Origin: Bacillota bacterium
GTDB lineage: Bacteria > Bacillota > Peptococcia > Peptococcales > BICA1-8
Length of the DNA: 64,000 nt
Direction of reading: 5' to 3'
NCBI GenBank assembly: GCA_049323895.1
Contig: JBMOKT010000008.1
Location: forward strand, 250,243-314,242
Made by a program: the position numbers and the translations under genes. Below the pieces are notes generated by a model that worked only from the letters and a program-made list of their open reading frames with translations, did no database searches and was not told the DNA's origin. Position 1 is the stretch's first letter. Every line of letters starts with the position of its first letter. Shown here in pieces: positions 28,248-37,238 of the stretch.

Positions 28248-28892
28248 ATGAGTTCCTTACAAAACAGATACACTTTAAAGGAAGAATTATTTAACAGCAT
28301 CACCCATGGCATAGGTGCCCTTTTTAGTATTGCCGCCTTAGTTATTTTAGTAGCCTATGCCAGCATCCAAGGTGATCCCTGGCGCATAGTAAGCTTCAGT
28401 ATTTACGGTTTTACTTTATTCTTTCTCTATCTTTCCTCTACCCTTTATCACAGTGTTTTCCATTACCGGATTAAAAGAATTTTAAGGATCTTTGACCACT
28501 CCTCCATTTTTTTATTGATTGCCGGCAGCTATACCCCTATTACCCTTGGCTTGATGCGTGGTGTTTGGGGCTGGGTTTTATTCGGACTTGTCTGGTCCCT
28601 GGCTATATTTGGCATCATCCTCAAGATTATCAGTCTGGAAAAAATGAAATACTTTTCCCTTGGTCTTTATATACTCATGGGCTGGCTGATTGTTGTTGCC
28701 GTTAAGCCCATGTTGGCAGTGGCACCCGCCGGTCTTTTCATGTGGTTATTGGCGGGGGGTCTTATCTACACCTTAGGGGTCATATTTTATGTTTGGAAAA
28801 AGCTCCCTTACAACCACGGAATCTGGCATTTATTTGTCCTGGGAGGTAGTGTAACCCATTTTCTAGGGATATTGTTTTATATAGCAATGTAA
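28248..28892 (+). CDS. hemolysin-III / PAQR-family membrane protein
   Basis: 7 TM helices. N-terminal EELFNSITHGIGA and C-terminal HGIWHLFVLGGS motifs. GGAGG SD before the ATG at 28248. Confidence 0.85.
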   Translation: MSSLQNRYTLKEELFNSITHGIGALFSIAALVILVAYASIQGDPWRIVSFSIYGFTLFFLYLSSTLYHSVFHYRIKRILRIFDHSSIFLLIAGSYTPITLGLMRGVWGWVLFGLVWSLAIFGIILKIISLEKMKYFSLGLYILMGWLIVVAVKPMLAVAPAGLFMWLLAGGLIYTLGVIFYVWKKLPYNHGIWHLFVLGGSVTHFLGILFYIAM

Positions 28893-28916
28893 AAAACGAG
28901 CTAAGGCTCGTTTTTT
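28891..28916 (+). terminator. intrinsic terminator
   Basis: AAAAAACGAGC-TAAG-GCTCGTTTTTT. Confidence 0.8.
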
Positions 28917-29077
28917 GGTGACTAGTGACTAGTGACTGGTGACTAGTCAATTGGATAGTTTGAAAAATTTAAGAATTCGATAGTGCAAATCTTAGGGTAT
29001 AGCTTATTGGTTAGTTTAATAAACTCTTTCACTTTTTCACTCTTTCACTAATAATTTCTGTAGCTACTGTAGCTACT
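28917..29077 (+). repeat. mosaic island C: (GTGACTA/G)x4, GATAGTTTGAAA words, (CTCTTTCACT)x3, (CTGTAGCTACT)x2
   Basis: gtgactagtgactagtgactggtgacta 28918-28945; ctctttcactttttcactctttcact 29024-29049; ctgtagctactgtagctact 29058-29077. Confidence 0.85.
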
Positions 29078-29112
29078 AAAAAAGTGCCCCCATTTTGGGA
29101 GGCACTTTTTTA
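29078..29112. terminator. bidirectional intrinsic terminator
   Basis: AAAAAAGTGCCCCC-ATTT-TGGGAGGCACTTTTTT. Confidence 0.75.
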
Positions 29113-29120
29113 TGGAAAAA

Positions 29121-29960
29121 TTACAGCTTAAGAATAGACCATTGATTTTTGAGGTGGTCAACAAGGTTATTTGTATCAATGCCGTCGTGGCACTGGATGC
29201 AATCCATCTTACCCCTGGTGTTTTCTAAAGTTCCGCCTTTACCGTGGCAGGTCATACATTCTCCAACGGACTCAGCATCCTTCAATACCGGTGTAAATGT
29301 CTTATTGAAGTATGCATTTAACATTTGAACTGTTTTACCGGCTACATCAGCTGTCAGTCTGCCGCAGCGCTCACTGCGTTCTTTTCCTTCGGCACGGTAT
29401 TTAGAAGCTGCACACCAGTCACTAACAGAAACATGACAGAGAACAGAACCACAAGCACTAGTAACCAATTTTCCTTCTGCCTTGCCTGCTTTACCTTTCG
29501 GAGGCATATATTCGGGGAAGGGGAAGGTAGTATACCATTTATATAATTCATCAATAATCTTGTTGGCATCTTTACCAACTACAGTATTAATTGCTGTTGA
29601 AGCACCAATTAAGGCTCCGCAAAGAGTTGCCCATGAAGCTCCACCTGTTCCGCCCCACTTCATAATATCTGACGGAATACTGGTATAAGGTGCACCTACT
29701 TTTTCTCTCAACTGGGCAATAACGGCATCAAAAGCACCATAAGAGCACTGGCTGCTCATATAACCCCAGTAGCCTAATTCCTTGGCCTTTTCTACATCCA
29801 ATTGCACATAGGGCAAGGGATGAACGGGGGCTTCATCTGCCTTTGCCGCGTTAATACTAAAAGCTCCAAAGATTCCACCGCTGACAGCTAATGTTCCTGC
29901 TGTTGCAGCACCCGCAGTAATAAAATTCCTTCTGGTTAATTCCCTTTTTTCAATACTCAC
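29121..29960 (-). CDS. Tat-signal C_GCAxxG_C_C-family redox protein with two C-terminal CXXCH haem-c motifs (split-Soret cytochrome c-like); likely electron acceptor of the hydrogenase
   Basis: Twin-arginine signal TRRNFITAGAATAG. SQCSYGAF and LCGALIGA blocks of the C_GCAxxG_C_C family. CMTCH and CIQCH. Last gene of the hydrogenase operon. Confidence 0.65.
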   Translation of the reverse strand: MSIEKRELTRRNFITAGAATAGTLAVSGGIFGAFSINAAKADEAPVHPLPYVQLDVEKAKELGYWGYMSSQCSYGAFDAVIAQLREKVGAPYTSIPSDIMKWGGTGGASWATLCGALIGASTAINTVVGKDANKIIDELYKWYTTFPFPEYMPPKGKAGKAEGKLVTSACGSVLCHVSVSDWCAASKYRAEGKERSERCGRLTADVAGKTVQMLNAYFNKTFTPVLKDAESVGECMTCHGKGGTLENTRGKMDCIQCHDGIDTNNLVDHLKNQWSILKL

Positions 29961-30056
29961 TAATTAAACCTCCCTTAAGACAAATTTGATTTTTCTCTAC
30001 TCTATTTAACACTGGGTCTGCTGCTTTACAACCACCTCCTGTTTAAAGATTTTATT

Positions 30057-30521
30057 TTAACAAGGGAATAATTTAGTGTGCAAATATTTAATAACCTTTT
30101 CTTTTAGTAAAGGGACTCCCTGTTTAACCTGAGGGGACAATTCCATTCCCCAGGAAACGTCTGCCACCTGGATACCCATTAAGGCTACCTGCAAATCAAT
30201 ATCCAGAAGCTTTACAGCATGCAGGAGTTCTCTTACCCCCACCTGGTGAAAAGACATCTGAGGTGAAATACCATCCAGGGTCCTTCCTTCCCAGAAGAAA
30301 ACTGTTCCCGGCTCCTCACCTACATCCAAGGCATCAATAACCAATAGGGAAGAATATCCCTCCACATATGCCAATAGATCAAGACCCAAAGTTCCGCCAT
30401 CTAAAAAGGATACTTGGGGATTTTGGTAATTTTGCTCCAACTCACGTATTACCAGCGGTCCGAGTCCGTCATCGGTCAGCAAGACATTGCCAATGCCTAG
30501 AACTAAAATTTTGTTATCCAA
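30057..30521 (-). CDS. [NiFe] hydrogenase maturation endopeptidase (HyaD/HybD family)
   Basis: 154 aa with the GIGNVLLTDDGLG motif. Sits directly after the large-subunit gene. Confidence 0.85.
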   Translation of the reverse strand: MDNKILVLGIGNVLLTDDGLGPLVIRELEQNYQNPQVSFLDGGTLGLDLLAYVEGYSSLLVIDALDVGEEPGTVFFWEGRTLDGISPQMSFHQVGVRELLHAVKLLDIDLQVALMGIQVADVSWGMELSPQVKQGVPLLKEKVIKYLHTKLFPC

Positions 30522-30545
30522 GATTTTGTCTCCAGTCGTATATTT

Positions 30546-32105
30546 TTAGAAACGAATCAGTTTTTCCCCCTTGGGGCTTACCACATGAACTGCACAAGCC
30601 AGACATGGGTCAAAGGACCTAATTACCCTTACTACATTGACAGGATTATCTTCATCTACCGGAAGTCCGATTAATGCCTGTTCAATTGGACCACGGATTC
30701 CTTTCTCATCCCGGGGTGAAACGTTCCAGGTAGTTGGAACTATCATTTGGTAGTTCTTCACCTTGTGGTCTGCTATTTCAACCCAATGCCCCAGTGCACC
30801 TCGAGGAGCCTCGGTCAGCCCTGCACCACTGCCTGCTAGGGGTGGTTCCCAGGAATCTGAATCATGGATAGCAGCCCTTCCTGTACTGTTTTGCCTGCCT
30901 TGTTCCAGCACTTGTTCCAGTTCTTTCAGCCATTTAAACATGGCATCAGCCACCAGTATGCTTTCTTGGGCTCTGGCCAGGTGACGAGCTACTGCACCCT
31001 GCTCCATACCATACTCGGCCATGAGTTTTGTAAATGGCTCATATTTATTGATAAGCATCCTGGCTAAAGGACCGACTTCAGTTGATAATCCTTTGTATCG
31101 GGGAGATTTAACAAAGGTATATCCACCAGCATGTTCTAAGTCTACCTCGCTTTTCCCATTACGGGGATGGGCGGGAGGAGAATAGGCATACCAGGAACTT
31201 GTTACTGATTCAGTAATTTGATTTTCATCAAGTGGTTCAATAACCCCGTCTTTACCCAGAAAACCTCCGGCAAACAGATTGGTTTTACCCATATCATCCA
31301 TGGGGAAAGCACCATACGCCAGGTAATTCCCAGTTCCTTTGCCAACGCCCAGTTTGACCAGCGGCAGAAGAGGACCGGTGGCGAAAGCTACTACATCAGG
31401 AACATACACATTCTTTACAAACTGAACAACATCTGTCAGTATCTGTCTGAACTGGTTTATCTGCTCAGTCTTGGGATAGACAGTAACGCCTCCTACTACA
31501 ATGCTTGACTGGTGAGGCTGCTTACCACCCAAAATAGCAGACATTTGTTTTGCTCTAGCTTGTATTTTAAGGGCTTCTAAGTAATGGGCGACTGCAGCGG
31601 TAACAATCTCCGGATCCTTAACACTAAAATCATCGGGCTTATAGCGGGGTGTTAAGGGAGCTGTATCTCCCGACTCAACCATTTTCACAACCTTAGCTTT
31701 TACTTCAAGAAGTCCTTTGTCATTGCCCTGATAATCTTTAATAGCTAAAACATCCAGATAGTCTAATGCTGAAAGATGATAAAAATGCAAAGGATGATCA
31801 TGAAGCCATAGGGCCCCTACCAATAAATTTCTGATTAATCTGGCGGCAGTTGGTAAAACCGCACCGTGGGCTTTTTCCACAGCTATGGATGAGGTCCATC
31901 CATGGGAAGCCATACACACACCGCAAATCCGTTCAGTTATGTACACCGCGTCCCGGGGGTCTTTACCCTGGATTATTTTTTCCAAACCTCTGAACATAGT
32001 ACCTTTGGTCCATGCATCAACTACTTTCCCGTTTTCAACTTGAACCTCAACCCTTAAATGACCTTCAATCCGAGTTACGGGATCAATTACTATTCTTTTA
32101 CTCAT
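30546..32105 (-). CDS. [NiFe] hydrogenase large subunit
   Basis: N-terminal RICGVC and C-terminal DPCLACAVH Ni-binding motifs, followed by a cleavable tail. Overlaps the small-subunit gene by ATGA. Confidence 0.95.
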   Translation of the reverse strand: MSKRIVIDPVTRIEGHLRVEVQVENGKVVDAWTKGTMFRGLEKIIQGKDPRDAVYITERICGVCMASHGWTSSIAVEKAHGAVLPTAARLIRNLLVGALWLHDHPLHFYHLSALDYLDVLAIKDYQGNDKGLLEVKAKVVKMVESGDTAPLTPRYKPDDFSVKDPEIVTAAVAHYLEALKIQARAKQMSAILGGKQPHQSSIVVGGVTVYPKTEQINQFRQILTDVVQFVKNVYVPDVVAFATGPLLPLVKLGVGKGTGNYLAYGAFPMDDMGKTNLFAGGFLGKDGVIEPLDENQITESVTSSWYAYSPPAHPRNGKSEVDLEHAGGYTFVKSPRYKGLSTEVGPLARMLINKYEPFTKLMAEYGMEQGAVARHLARAQESILVADAMFKWLKELEQVLEQGRQNSTGRAAIHDSDSWEPPLAGSGAGLTEAPRGALGHWVEIADHKVKNYQMIVPTTWNVSPRDEKGIRGPIEQALIGLPVDEDNPVNVVRVIRSFDPCLACAVHVVSPKGEKLIRF

Positions 32106-33127
32106 TTTTTCGCCTCCTCGGGATTAGCAAATAAAGGTGAAAACTGCTCATAAAATTCCGGCTGACTGCATCCTGAGCAGGGGGAACCCGCATATCCACA
32201 GAAACTTACACCATTATTCCACCAAGAGGTTCCACAATTGGTAAAGGTTTCTTTCCCTTTACACCCTTTATGGTAGAGACACCAATCTGTTGTAGCCGGG
32301 TCATTCCAATCCAGCAGAAATTCACCGTTCTCATAATGCAGTCTGCGGTGGCAGCTGTCATGAAGTGTATAACGGTAATAAGCAACAGGACGGCGATTCT
32401 TATCCAAACGGGGAAGTTCATTATGGCTAAGATAATAAAGGATTATGCCCACAAGTCTATCGGGTTTGACCGGGCAACTGGGCAAATTGACCAGATTTTG
32501 CACCTTAATAATGTCTTGTGCCCCGACAGCACCTGTATTACCTGCTCTGGGAATTCCTCCATATGCCGCACAGGAACCTGCGGCTATTACCAGCTCTGCT
32601 CTTGCAGCAGCTTTTTCAAACTGTTCCCTAAAGGAATGTCCTTCAACCATACAATAGCGGTCATCGGCTGTTGGAATAGAACCCTCTAATACCAATAGAT
32701 AGTTACCTTCCTTAATTGCCTGGTCGAGACTTGCCACAGCCTCAGTCCCCGCTGCTGCCATAATAGTGGGATGGAATCTTACTGAAAGCAGATCAAGTAT
32801 AATTTTTTCCGGTCCGGGATCTAAAGAAGAAAGCAATGAAGAACTGCACCCGGTACAACCTTGTCCCTGCATCCAAATTAAGGGCTTTTTAGCTAAGTTA
32901 GCTGCTGCGGCATCGGCCATCTTAGGTCCGAAACTTACATCAAGACCTAATGCCAGACAGCTTGCGGTACAAATCTTGATAAAATCCCGCCTGCTAACCC
33001 CCCTTTTCTCCAGACGTTCATATCCATGCTCCATGGATTTTTTCTGCTCTTCTTTCAAAGAACTAACCTCCTTTACCCTATTTTTAAATACTAACCTTAA
33101 AATTTTAAGGAAAGATAATACTTTCAC
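32102..33127 (-). CDS. [NiFe] hydrogenase small subunit, Tat-exported
   Basis: SRRDFIK twin-arginine signal and the GQGCTGCS proximal-cluster motif. The real start is probably the TTG at 33058 (GGAGG SD) or the ATG at 33034, not 33127. Confidence 0.9.
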   Translation of the reverse strand: MKVLSFLKILRLVFKNRVKEVSSLKEEQKKSMEHGYERLEKRGVSRRDFIKICTASCLALGLDVSFGPKMADAAAANLAKKPLIWMQGQGCTGCSSSLLSSLDPGPEKIILDLLSVRFHPTIMAAAGTEAVASLDQAIKEGNYLLVLEGSIPTADDRYCMVEGHSFREQFEKAAARAELVIAAGSCAAYGGIPRAGNTGAVGAQDIIKVQNLVNLPSCPVKPDRLVGIILYYLSHNELPRLDKNRRPVAYYRYTLHDSCHRRLHYENGEFLLDWNDPATTDWCLYHKGCKGKETFTNCGTSWWNNGVSFCGYAGSPCSGCSQPEFYEQFSPLFANPEEAKK

Positions 33128-33379
33128 AAATAAAATAAAACTGATGAGGTGTCATAATAATATTTATAATATTCTAAAAATTTTTTATGGCAAAGCCCCT
33201 TTATTCCAGATGCAGCAAGGGATGCATTAAAAATTTCAAACATATATATAGCTTATTATTCTGCCTAATTTATAAAATTCCTTTATGTACCTAATTAATT
33301 ATGAGATAAACTTTCGACAAATTTACTGCATTTTTCGACAAATTTCGGAAAAGATAGTGATTTTTGTAACATTAATTAG

Positions 33380-33500
33380 CCTGCAGCTATAGTTGCTGGT
33401 TACTGGCGACTGCTGATGAAGGAAAAGGAAATGAAATTGTCATCGGAGGCACGAAGCGATCTCCGACCCAAAAGAAACAATCCATGTAATAAGATTTTAC
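33380..33500 (+). repeat. mosaic-vocabulary island X (degenerate GGTTACTGGCGACTG heptamers plus a block shared with 4959-4995)
   Basis: gttgctggttactggcgactgctgatg, then aatgaaattgtcatcggaggcacgaagcgatctccgac at 33430-33467. Confidence 0.55.
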
Positions 33501-33513
33501 TATTAATTGCATT

Positions 33514-33544
33514 AAATTGGGCGGACACTAGGTCCGCCCAATTT
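33514..33544. terminator. stem-loop / terminator after the cupin gene
   Basis: AAATTGGGCGGAC-ACTAG-GTCCGCCCAATTT. Confidence 0.55.
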
Positions 33545-33572
33545 AATTGTTTATCATCCTTAGTTGCAAATA

Positions 33573-33917
33573 TTAAATTTCTTCAGCAAATCTTTCATCC
33601 CCTGGCCCCGGGGTCAGGGTGACATATAAGGATAATTCCTCTCCTCCGTCATTTACCAGACTGACCATTTCATTTTCCTGGTAAATCATTACCTGCCCAA
33701 CCTCTGCATCAATTGATACATTGTCGGCAGTAAATTTACCTTTGCCCTTAAGAATCTGGATAATTGTTACCATTCCTGGGTGGTTATGACTTGGCAAAGA
33801 TTGACCGGGCTTGAAATTAAGTACGAAGGCTAACACATCCTTATCCCTGTAAACAATCTTTTTTGTTAAAAACTTATCGGAATAAACCATTTTTTCTTTC
33901 AAGTTAAGTATTTGCAT
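33573..33917 (-). CDS. cupin-domain protein
   Basis: 114 aa with the cupin motif PSHNHPG. GAGGAGGG SD. The start overlaps the end of fprA, suggesting translational coupling. Confidence 0.7.
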   Translation of the reverse strand: MQILNLKEKMVYSDKFLTKKIVYRDKDVLAFVLNFKPGQSLPSHNHPGMVTIIQILKGKGKFTADNVSIDAEVGQVMIYQENEMVSLVNDGGEELSLYVTLTPGPGDERFAEEI

Positions 33918-35115
33918 TTTTTCCCTCCTCTATGTTCAGCAGTTTTTTTCCAAACAACTTCCCAAAATGTTCACACTCTTCTATTTCATCAATAGAAGGT
34001 TCATATTTTATTTTTTTCCCCTCCAGGACAACTTCTATTCCTGCTTCCTTAAGTTCCCGTTCAAGAATAGCAACTCCCTCTCCGCTCCAGCCATAGGAAC
34101 CAAAAGCTGCCCCTACTTTACCCTTAAACTTAAGCCCTTTAATCATTTCTAAAATAGCGGCAGTATCTGAGAGAATGCCATTATTAATGGTTGAACTGGC
34201 AACCATTATCCCTTTTGACTTAAAAACCTCGGCGATTAAATCATTTCTATCGGATTTACCAATATTAAATGTCTTGGCAGGTACACCTGCATTTTCCAAT
34301 CCGCGGGCAATTGCCAAGGCCATTCTCTTTGTTGCCCCCCACATAGTATTATACAGAATTGTAACTCCACCCTCATGGTAATTGGAAGCCCATTCATAAT
34401 ATTTCTCTATTATCTGCAGAGGATTTTCCCTCCAGATCACACCGTGGCTGGGGGCAATCATCTTAATCGGTAAATTTAAACTTTTAACCTCTTCTACCTT
34501 ACTTCTAACCAGCTTACTAAAAGGTGTTAAAATATTGGCATAATACTTTAGGGCCTCCTGGAAAAGCTCGCATTGGTCTACCTGGTCATTATAAAAATGG
34601 GGTGTTGCATAGTGCTGTCCAAAAGCATCGTTTGACAACAAAACATCTGCCCCTTGAACATAAGTCATCATTGAATCAGGCCAATGGAGCATCGGCGCTT
34701 CCACAAAAATCAGCTTATATTCCCCTAAATCTAAAGTGTCACCAGTCTTAACAATTTGAAAATTCCAATCCCTGTGAAAATGTTTTTTTATCATCTGAGC
34801 ACCGTTCTTAGTACAATAAATTGGTGTACCTGGTATTTGTTCCATTAGATGTGCCAGGCTTCCGCCGTGGTCTACTTCAGTATGATTAATTACGATTAAA
34901 TCAATATTTTTAAGTCCTACATTTTTGTCCAATGCATCAACATACTGTTCCTTAAAGGGGGTCCACACAGTGTCTATGAGAGCAGTTTTTTTATCTCTGA
35001 CCAAATAAGAATTATATGTGGAGCCACGGTGGGTTGAGTACTCTTCTCCATGAAAAAGTTTGATTTCCCAATCCTTAATACCTACCCAGTAAATGTTTCT
35101 ACTGATTTCAAGCAT
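33904..35115 (-). CDS. fprA: flavodiiron protein (FprA-type O2/NO reductase)
   Basis: 403 aa. Metallo-beta-lactamase-like di-iron motif NHTEVDHGG plus a C-terminal flavodoxin domain. Confidence 0.85.
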   Translation of the reverse strand: MLEISRNIYWVGIKDWEIKLFHGEEYSTHRGSTYNSYLVRDKKTALIDTVWTPFKEQYVDALDKNVGLKNIDLIVINHTEVDHGGSLAHLMEQIPGTPIYCTKNGAQMIKKHFHRDWNFQIVKTGDTLDLGEYKLIFVEAPMLHWPDSMMTYVQGADVLLSNDAFGQHYATPHFYNDQVDQCELFQEALKYYANILTPFSKLVRSKVEEVKSLNLPIKMIAPSHGVIWRENPLQIIEKYYEWASNYHEGGVTILYNTMWGATKRMALAIARGLENAGVPAKTFNIGKSDRNDLIAEVFKSKGIMVASSTINNGILSDTAAILEMIKGLKFKGKVGAAFGSYGWSGEGVAILERELKEAGIEVVLEGKKIKYEPSIDEIEECEHFGKLFGKKLLNIEEGKNANT

Positions 35116-35136
35116 CTTTCTTCCTCCTTTTAAATA

Positions 35137-35331
35137 TTAATCTTCCGCACATATGGCCCTAACGGGACAAGTCCTTTCTGCTTCCCGTACACATTCCTCC
35201 AACCCTGGGGGAACATCTTCCGTTACTGCATATGCAAAATCACAGTTTGGATACATTTGGAAAACTTCAGGACATAGGGCAGGACATGCTTCACAACCGA
35301 TACACAAACCTTGGTCAACAGATACTTTCAT
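35137..35331 (-). CDS. small [4Fe-4S] ferredoxin
   Basis: Start at MKVSVDQGLCIGCEACPALCP.. (GAGGAG SD) with a distal CPVRAI. The ORF-track N-terminal extension to 35442 is unlikely. Confidence 0.8.
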   Translation of the reverse strand: MKVSVDQGLCIGCEACPALCPEVFQMYPNCDFAYAVTEDVPPGLEECVREAERTCPVRAICAED

Positions 35332-35501
35332 TTTTTTCACTCCTCGTATTTTCATCTTCCTAGTTAAATAATATTCCTTCCCGCCCTTTAATTCGATGAT
35401 AATTATCACACTGCTTGTTTTTTGTCTAATATATATTACCACTAAGAGTTAGATTATAAACAAAAAGCCAAATATTTCACCAATAAAAATAATTTTACAT
35501 A

Positions 35502-35530
35502 TTGACTCTGTTATATATTACATCTATACT
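35502..35530 (+). promoter_or_regulatory. sigma-A-like promoter of the T-box leader
   Basis: TTGACT 35502-35507, a 17-nt spacer, TATACT 35525-35530. Confidence 0.6.
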
Positions 35531-35539
35531 ATTCTTAAA

Positions 35540-35812
35540 TATTATAACAACTGTGAAAGAGAAAAGTAGTCTTAACTTGGGGTTTACAGAGAGCCGGGGA
35601 TGCTGGAAACCGGCAACAACATGTAAGATGAAGTTCCCTCCGGAGTTGTCCACTGAACAATAGTAGGTGCGACCGGAAACTTCCACCGTTAACAGGAAGG
35701 GGATATTAAGGTGTTCTTGACACTGCGTATCCTATTAAGCTGGGTCACGTTTGACCAACTAAGGTGGTACCGCGGGTAACCTCTCGTCCTTATAGGGATG
35801 AGAGGTTTTTTG
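35540..35812 (+). promoter_or_regulatory. T-box leader RNA (tRNA-sensing riboswitch) with terminator
   Basis: Stem I elements: AGAGAAAAGUAG, the AG bulge ACAGAGAGCC and the distal loop GGGGAUGCUGGAAACCGGC. T-box sequence AAGGUGGUACCGCGG at 35761-35775. Terminator AACCUCUCGUCC-UUAUA-GGGAUGAGAGGUU plus a U-run at 35778-35812. Confidence 0.9.
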
Positions 35813-35825
35813 TTTTGTTTTTCAC

Positions 35826-35875
35826 GTAGGACGGCAGGATTGGGCAGGATGGCAGGATGGGTAGGATGGGCTTAT
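35826..35875 (+). repeat. degenerate tandem GGCAGGAT(G/T) repeat
   Basis: ggcaggattgggcaggatggcaggatgggtaggatggg, directly after the T-box terminator. Confidence 0.8.
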
Positions 35876-35985
35876 ATTCCTTTGAGAGGAAGGTGTTAAA
35901 GTTTCCCGTAAAACAAAAAATCAGAAAATTACAAGACACCTCTTCTCAACTACTTTTTTAAGAATTCAAGGAGGATCAACAGAAA

Positions 35986-36117
35986 ATAAGTATTCCATTA
36001 ACAATTGTCCTTATATACATCGGGGTTTTATATATAATATCCTGGTATTCTACCAGACTTTCCAAAAATAGCGGTTTAGTAGGTAATTATCCCAAAAAAA
36101 TGCACCTTGTATGTTAA
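35986..36117 (+). pseudogene. possible remnant of the T-box-controlled gene: a 43-codon hydrophobic ORF with a strong SD but no canonical start
   Basis: AAGGAGGA at 35968-35975, then ATA AGT ATT.. encoding ISIPLTIVLIYIGVLYIISWYSTRLSKNSG.. with a stop at 36115. The ..WYSTR.SKN.. pattern resembles the N-terminus of sodium:solute symporters (PutP/OpuE-like). This resemblance is judged by eye only. Confidence 0.3.
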
Positions 36118-36155
36118 CCCCTGCTTAACATATGTGGTGCACTTTTAATGCTGGT

Positions 36156-37091
36156 TTATTTTATTTCAAAGCTTTTAATATGTGGCACACGGCTGAGGTT
36201 GGCTATTTCATAAAAAGGGATTAGCACTGTAATAGGGTCTACTGAGGTAATCTGGTAGCCAAGCTGCTTTAAATCCTCCATGGCTGCGTTTTGGTCCCCC
36301 TTAACACTAATCTGGACAGATATAACCTGCTCTGCTTTTCCTTTCATAAGTATTTCTTTTATCTTTTGATTGGTTTCATCCCCATATAATCCTTCCATAG
36401 CCGGCAGGCTGATACCGTCAAACTTGTATCTTTCACTGTTCCAGATAAAACCGCCGTCATCAGCCGCTAGATTATATTTGAAATCCACATACCCTTTTTG
36501 GAATAAGAGATTTATTTCCCCGCCTTTTCTTTTTACTCCCACATACCTGGCATCATAAAAAATTATATTTGAAAACTCTCCTTGCCTTTCTTTAGGAACA
36601 ACTTCCATAACTTTTGCCAGGGCATCCCCCAAGGTAACCTTATCAAGGAGAGATCCATCTTTATACGCTTCTAAAATATCAACCTGATTAGCCTGTGGGT
36701 CTCGATTTTCATTAAAATTACGGGCAACAATAGTGTAACCATGGTTCCTGACAGCCTTATCCGCAGGATTTAACCCTTGTGCATCAGCATAAACATGACC
36801 ATAGTAATTATTTAATAAACCGTTCTCAATTTTTTCCATTGGTATATATTTTTGTGCAAAAATAAATAAAAGCAAAACAATACAGATATTAATACCCACA
36901 TATTTAAACTTCCTGTCACGTCCGAATGCTAATTCAGCGGCTGTAGTAAATCCGGCTGCAATAAGCATAAAAACAGGATAAACGACAACCCACCCCATCA
37001 AATAATCGTCATAGACATAAATCCAAGCCCCAATGTTTAAAAGTAATAGGACAGGAATGGTAATCCAGCGGGAAAATTTAGGAACCTTCAT
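36156..37091 (-). CDS. hypothetical membrane-anchored protein
   Basis: Start at MKVPKFSRW (AGAGGTG SD). Three N-terminal TM helices and a soluble C-terminal domain of about 210 aa with no motif I recognise. Confidence 0.5.
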   Translation of the reverse strand: MKVPKFSRWITIPVLLLLNIGAWIYVYDDYLMGWVVVYPVFMLIAAGFTTAAELAFGRDRKFKYVGINICIVLLLFIFAQKYIPMEKIENGLLNNYYGHVYADAQGLNPADKAVRNHGYTIVARNFNENRDPQANQVDILEAYKDGSLLDKVTLGDALAKVMEVVPKERQGEFSNIIFYDARYVGVKRKGGEINLLFQKGYVDFKYNLAADDGGFIWNSERYKFDGISLPAMEGLYGDETNQKIKEILMKGKAEQVISVQISVKGDQNAAMEDLKQLGYQITSVDPITVLIPFYEIANLSRVPHIKSFEIK

Positions 37092-37238
37092 AACAACACC
37101 TCTAATTGGATACGGGCAGAATTTATTTAGCACCGTTTTATTTGGTGATTATATAAATTCTAGGCAGTCCTTAAATATCCTTTTAAAAGAAATCTTTTAT
37201 GTTATACTTTAGATACATAAAGGTAAGGAGGTATTGCC

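Noticed and set aside
30546-30620. Checked whether the hydrogenase is a [NiFeSe] enzyme with an in-frame TGA
   Set aside because: The C-terminal motif reads DPCLACAVH with Cys codons and there is no internal TGA. It is an ordinary [NiFe] large subunit.
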